Both the position numbers and the translations under genes were made by a program. The notes under the pieces are model-generated. The model was not told where the DNA came from. It saw only the letters and a program-made list of their open reading frames with translations, and ran no database searches. From Ostrea edulis (taxonomy: Eukaryota), in contig NC_079165.1 of NCBI RefSeq assembly GCF_947568905.1, forward strand, positions 3,658,001 through 3,722,000: 64,000 nucleotides of DNA, in the 5' to 3' direction. Shown one piece after another: positions 59,715 through 64,000 of this stretch. Position 1 is the stretch's first letter. Each line of letters starts with the position of its first letter.

Positions 59715-62700
59715 ATGGAGGGCTGGTGGAAGTTTGACACGGAACATCAAACCATTATTGCATGTGTAGCTGTTACAGGTAAATTACAATGCATCATATC
59801 TATAACATATTTTGGGAGGGGGTTTAACTTTTTCTGTAATTGATTTCTCGAAAAAATTAAAGTCGAAACTTGGACTTAAGTCTGAGATTTTACTTAGATT
59901 TTGACTACCCAAATAAAAAGAAACTCGGACTCGAATTAGAGTTTGTTTTCCCCCCCCCCCCCCCCCCGAGAAATCCAATTTTCACGATCTAGAAATTCAA
60001 GCCCCACAGGGGGTTGGGGGGGGGGTGTCCTAAAATTCGATTGGTCGGATTTATATGAGATTGATCAGTGTTCGTTACCTTCACTTGTTCATTATGCAAT
60101 ACTTCTCAGATAGTAAGGGTCCTTCCATAACATGACCAACGATAAAAAGAGGAAATGAATATAAAATACTTATAAAAGATTTACCTCTAACTAGGATCTA
60201 ACCTTGTTTGCCTTTTGATTCCAGTATTCTATCCACATATCCATTCATATGTTTTTAAAAATCCCCATTCCATTACGTAATGCACAATGTATTTCTCATG
60301 TTCTGCATCCACTGTACCGTGAAACAAATGTGCATTGTGTAATAAATGCCTAAAGAAAACAAGTACGATTTACCATGTGATCCATAATTTATTAAAATAT
60401 TATTACTGATCTTAGAGAGATTAATGAATGTAAAACTTATACAGTGCCAATTTTGATGCACCAGATGCGCATTTCGACAAATAATGTCTCTTCAGTGATG
60501 CTTAAGCCGAAATTTTGGAAATTCGAAATAACAATGAACTTGTAAGAGCTGAAAGAAGACCTACAGTGCCAAAAACTGGAGCCAAATTCCTCCAAGGATA
60601 GAGCTATGCATAAGGGAGATAATCCTTAATTTTGAAATGAATTTCTTAATCTTATTCCAGCAATTAAATATACATCCGTATTTTTAAGCTAGTAACGAAG
60701 TACTTAGCTACTGGGCTGTAGAGACCCTTGGGGACTAACAGTCCACCAGCAGAGGCCTCGACCCAGAAGTCGTAACGTAAAACTTATACAGTGCCAGTTT
60801 CGGTGCACCAGATGCGCATTTCGACAAATAATGTAGAGAAAGATTACCAATTGCATATGGTATTTATGCATACCAATTGATTCGATATACACGATCTTGT
60901 ACTGTATATGATCAGTTTTAAATCAAAGCAGTCTACTGACCATGGTTTACGATCCTCTGTAGAGAAGCGGAGCGGATCATAAACCCTTGGCTAGCGAAAA
61001 TGGCTACTGACAAACATGTTGATGTTACAGGGGTATCAACAGTCTCATTAAGTAAGCATTTCGTACATTCGTTGGTCGTTTTCACGATCTAGCTTGCCAT
61101 AACAACCTGTCATTGGGTCAAATGTCCGACATGTTTCATACCAATTATTAGGCTATTCTTGGCCCATTGATTCTGACTATGTATTACTCCATTTACCAGA
61201 TCAAGACATAGGGCTCACTGCGGGTGTGACCGGTGGACAGGGGATGCTTACTCCCTCCTCTGGTATATTAAGGGGTCTGTATTTGCCCAGCTCTTTTAAT
61301 TTTGTATTGCTTATGGGAATTATGAGATTGATCACTGTTCATTGTCTGCATTTTTATGTCTTGTACAGTAGACATATATGGAGATTCATCTAAATCATCT
61401 TAACTTTGGTTGTGGATTTTGCACTGCTAGGAGATTAATTAGTTTGCCATATATTCAGGGCAATGGAGATGATTCTTAAAAGCCCATACTGTTATAACTA
61501 TAGATAATCCACAAACACCTACCCTGTGACCAGGCTTCGGGGCCACCAACGCTGAGATTTTCTCAAATCTGAGATTTCTCAGAAAATTTGAGTTTTTCTC
61601 ACCCAACTGTGCCACCAAATAAATATTCTCTCAAACTCAGATATGTTCTTGAGTTTTTTCTCACATTTGAGAATTTTCTCAAATGCGCGTGCCACCAAAC
61701 TAATTTTGAACTCAGCTGAGAAAAATATTTGAGATTTCTCAGAAAATCACGAGATTGGTAAATAGCAACCTCAAATAAAATCTCAAGTGTATTTACCCAG
61801 GGACCAGAAATTTAAGTTTCAGTAGACGCCTCCAACCGATTATTGCGTGTTTGTCCAACTCTTGATTTTGTATTTTTTGAATTGGAATGATGAGAGATTG
61901 ATCGAGATTACTTCACTGTTCGTTAACTTTCATTTGTCACTGCTATGATCACTTTTTCATTTATCGCCATTCCCTGACTATGAACGATCACAGGTGCTTG
62001 TGGAACATATTTCCTGTGCCTTTGAATGTTCAATGTTTTGGGTTGGTTGTATATATATTGTTTAACGTCTTCAGAATATTTCCCTCATGTGGAGACGTAA
62101 ATGCTTAGGATATTTAGCGTGTATTTTCCCCACAAACTGAACAACATTGTTATGTTTTTAACAATATTTTTATTTCAATGGAATACACAAATATCGCATA
62201 AAAACCGTTTTGATAAATGTTATCACTAATTCTAATAGATAAGCAAGGTTAAAACAATTCCTATGTGAGATTTCTATATTCTATTCAAATGAAAATACTC
62301 TTAAGTTACTTTAAACACCCAAGGCATTGAATATGAACTTATTCAGAAGAGGGGTAGCGGAAAACCTGTCCACAAATGCCCATACGCCCATGTTTATTTT
62401 TGGTTCTGCATTCATTGTGACTATAATACACCTTTTGCAGGTGTGACGTTGTATGCACTTCGATTGTGGGTAGCTGGTGGAAAATGTTATAGCAAGGTTC
62501 GCCTAGACAAGAAGACGGTGATTATAACGGGAGCAAACACAGGCATAGGAAAAGAGACCGCGATAGACCTGGCAGGAAGAGGTAAGTAAGGCTCGCCTGT
62601 ACAGGAAGACTATTTATAACATACATGTCCAAGATCTAATCCGATTTCAATGTCCTCGATATCGACAATATCAAATTGATATTGATTTGATATCGTCGTG

Positions 62701-63596
62701 TCTGCTTACGATATCGTCTATATCGACATTCAACAACGATATCGTATCGATATCGACAATTTCTATTGTAAATGTGTTTGAATTAATAGTCTTAGTCTAC
62801 ACCGCATAATGTTAATACTACGTTAAGCAAAACGATCGTGACTCGATATTGACAGGAAGAGAAAGCAAACATATAACCGTTACAAAAACGATCAAGATTC
62901 GATATCGACACAATGTCGTTGATATCGACGATATCGACAGAAAGAGATAACATTTCTATTTCAGTTCTAACGCTATGTTTAAAACAATCATGATTCCATA
63001 TCGACAGGATATCGACAAGAAGATCAATGCTATATTCGTCCTCATACAACCATTCAACAATGATCATGATTCGATATCGACACGATATGGTCAGTAAAGG
63101 TATATGATTATTAGAGTGGTACTTATCGATATCGGTACGATATCATATTTGGATTGTCGATATCGTCGGTATCGAATCTACATCATGTCATGGACATGAC
63201 TCCCAGTTAGGGTGGGTGGGGGGCAAACACTGACATAGGGAAGAGGACCGCTATATATTTCGCAGGAAGAAGTACGTAAGGCTCACCTGAACATTGTACA
63301 CAACTGGTGGATGGATTGTTTTCTATTCGAGGTCAAAGCCCCAAAAGCTGTCAAAGTCTTTCAGAACAATCTATTCTAAATTAATCTCTTTATATCCGTT
63401 CTAGGAGCCAAAGTCATCCTGGCCTGTCGCGACAGGTGTCGTGGAGAGAGAGCGTTATCTGACGTCATCAGGAAATCGGGGAGTAAGCAGGTAGTCCTAA
63501 AGATGCTTGACCTGGCCTCACTGGAATCCGTCCGAAAATTCGCACAGGACATCAACGAAAACGAACCCAGACTAGACATTCTAATAAACAACGCCG
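59715..63596 (+). CDS. Retinol dehydrogenase-like SDR, paralog 3 (first 3 exons; continues beyond window)
   Basis: Exons 59715-59778, 62441-62581, 63405-63596; TGANTGIG and NNAG; nearly identical to paralog 2 exons. Confidence 0.9.
60430..60834 (-). mobile_element. Retrozyme-like or non-autonomous Penelope-type element, 347-bp unit bounded by 58-bp direct repeats
   Basis: GTAAAACTTATACAGTGCCA...CATTTCGACAAATAATGT at 60430-60487 and 60777-60834; the repeats overlap a hammerhead motif. Confidence 0.8.
60458..60501 (-). ncRNA. Minimal type I hammerhead ribozyme
   Basis: Minus strand: GCAUCA-CUGAAGA-GACAuuauuUGUC-GAAA-UGCGCA-UC^-UGGUGC. Full catalytic core, 6-bp stem I, 4-bp stem II, palindromic loop III. 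Confidence 0.85.
60840..61350 (+). mobile_element. Penelope-like 3' fragment
   Basis: Degenerate [12 protein letters not shown]...; family 3' UTR. Confidence 0.75.
61540..61790. repeat. GCCACCAA / TGAGA-TCTCA rich repeat, probably a MITE end
   Basis: GCCACCAA occurs three times, with many CTCA/TGAG inverted motifs. Confidence 0.45.
62624..63198. mobile_element. ~575-bp insertion with CATGTCCA/TGGACATG ends, saturated with ATATCG motifs
   Basis: Absent from the equivalent intron position of paralog 2; many GATATCG/TATCGA repeats. Confidence 0.7.
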
Positions 63597-64000
63597 GTAA
63601 GGCATTCTACACTGAATAGGTTACACTAATTCTAATGAAGGTTCCACTTAACTTTATCAAAACGATATTCTTACATTCAAATCACGGTTCATGTCAGATT
63701 GATTGTTTGTCTTGCGATACATCTCCATAAAATCATAGTTGAGATGAGAATTTCTTTAAGGATGACTATTATTCTATAAAAGCATTTTACCAAGTCATGA
63801 TGAAAATGATCGTACTTGGAATACCAAATTTTTATTAATTTTTATTAATTGGACAATACCAGTGTATGCAAATAAGTGACAGTACAACATATTCTATAAT
63901 ACATCCATATAGTGGTAGTGATTAAAACAAAAAGTTTAAATACGAAAAACTACTACACATTTCAGTCAAGACTTAGCTCATTTTTGGTTTCAATTTCACT

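Overview
AT-rich eukaryotic DNA with GT-AG introns, from a bivalve and most likely an oyster (MSDPCNC-type metallothionein, bivalve-type SINEs, Cg170-like repeat). 1-18.1 kb holds a decaying metallothionein (MT) cluster of 4 copies or fragments. It lies between and within ~3-kb inverted duplicate arms (1-3005 / 15119-18148) whose inner breakpoint is in a foldback element. The spacer contains a full-length Tx1-clade LINE (4591-9927) flanked by an unusually long 186-bp direct repeat. 19.1-23.9 kb holds a predicted secreted protein with ~46% Arg in 68-aa repeats. 24-30 kb is TE debris (Penelope-like RT fragments, Gypsy integrase). 30-64 kb holds three tandem retinol-dehydrogenase-like SDR genes (two complete, one running off the window) with TE-filled introns, including a 347-bp repeat unit carrying a minimal hammerhead ribozyme. 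All coordinates were read by eye; no alignment, folding or database search was run.
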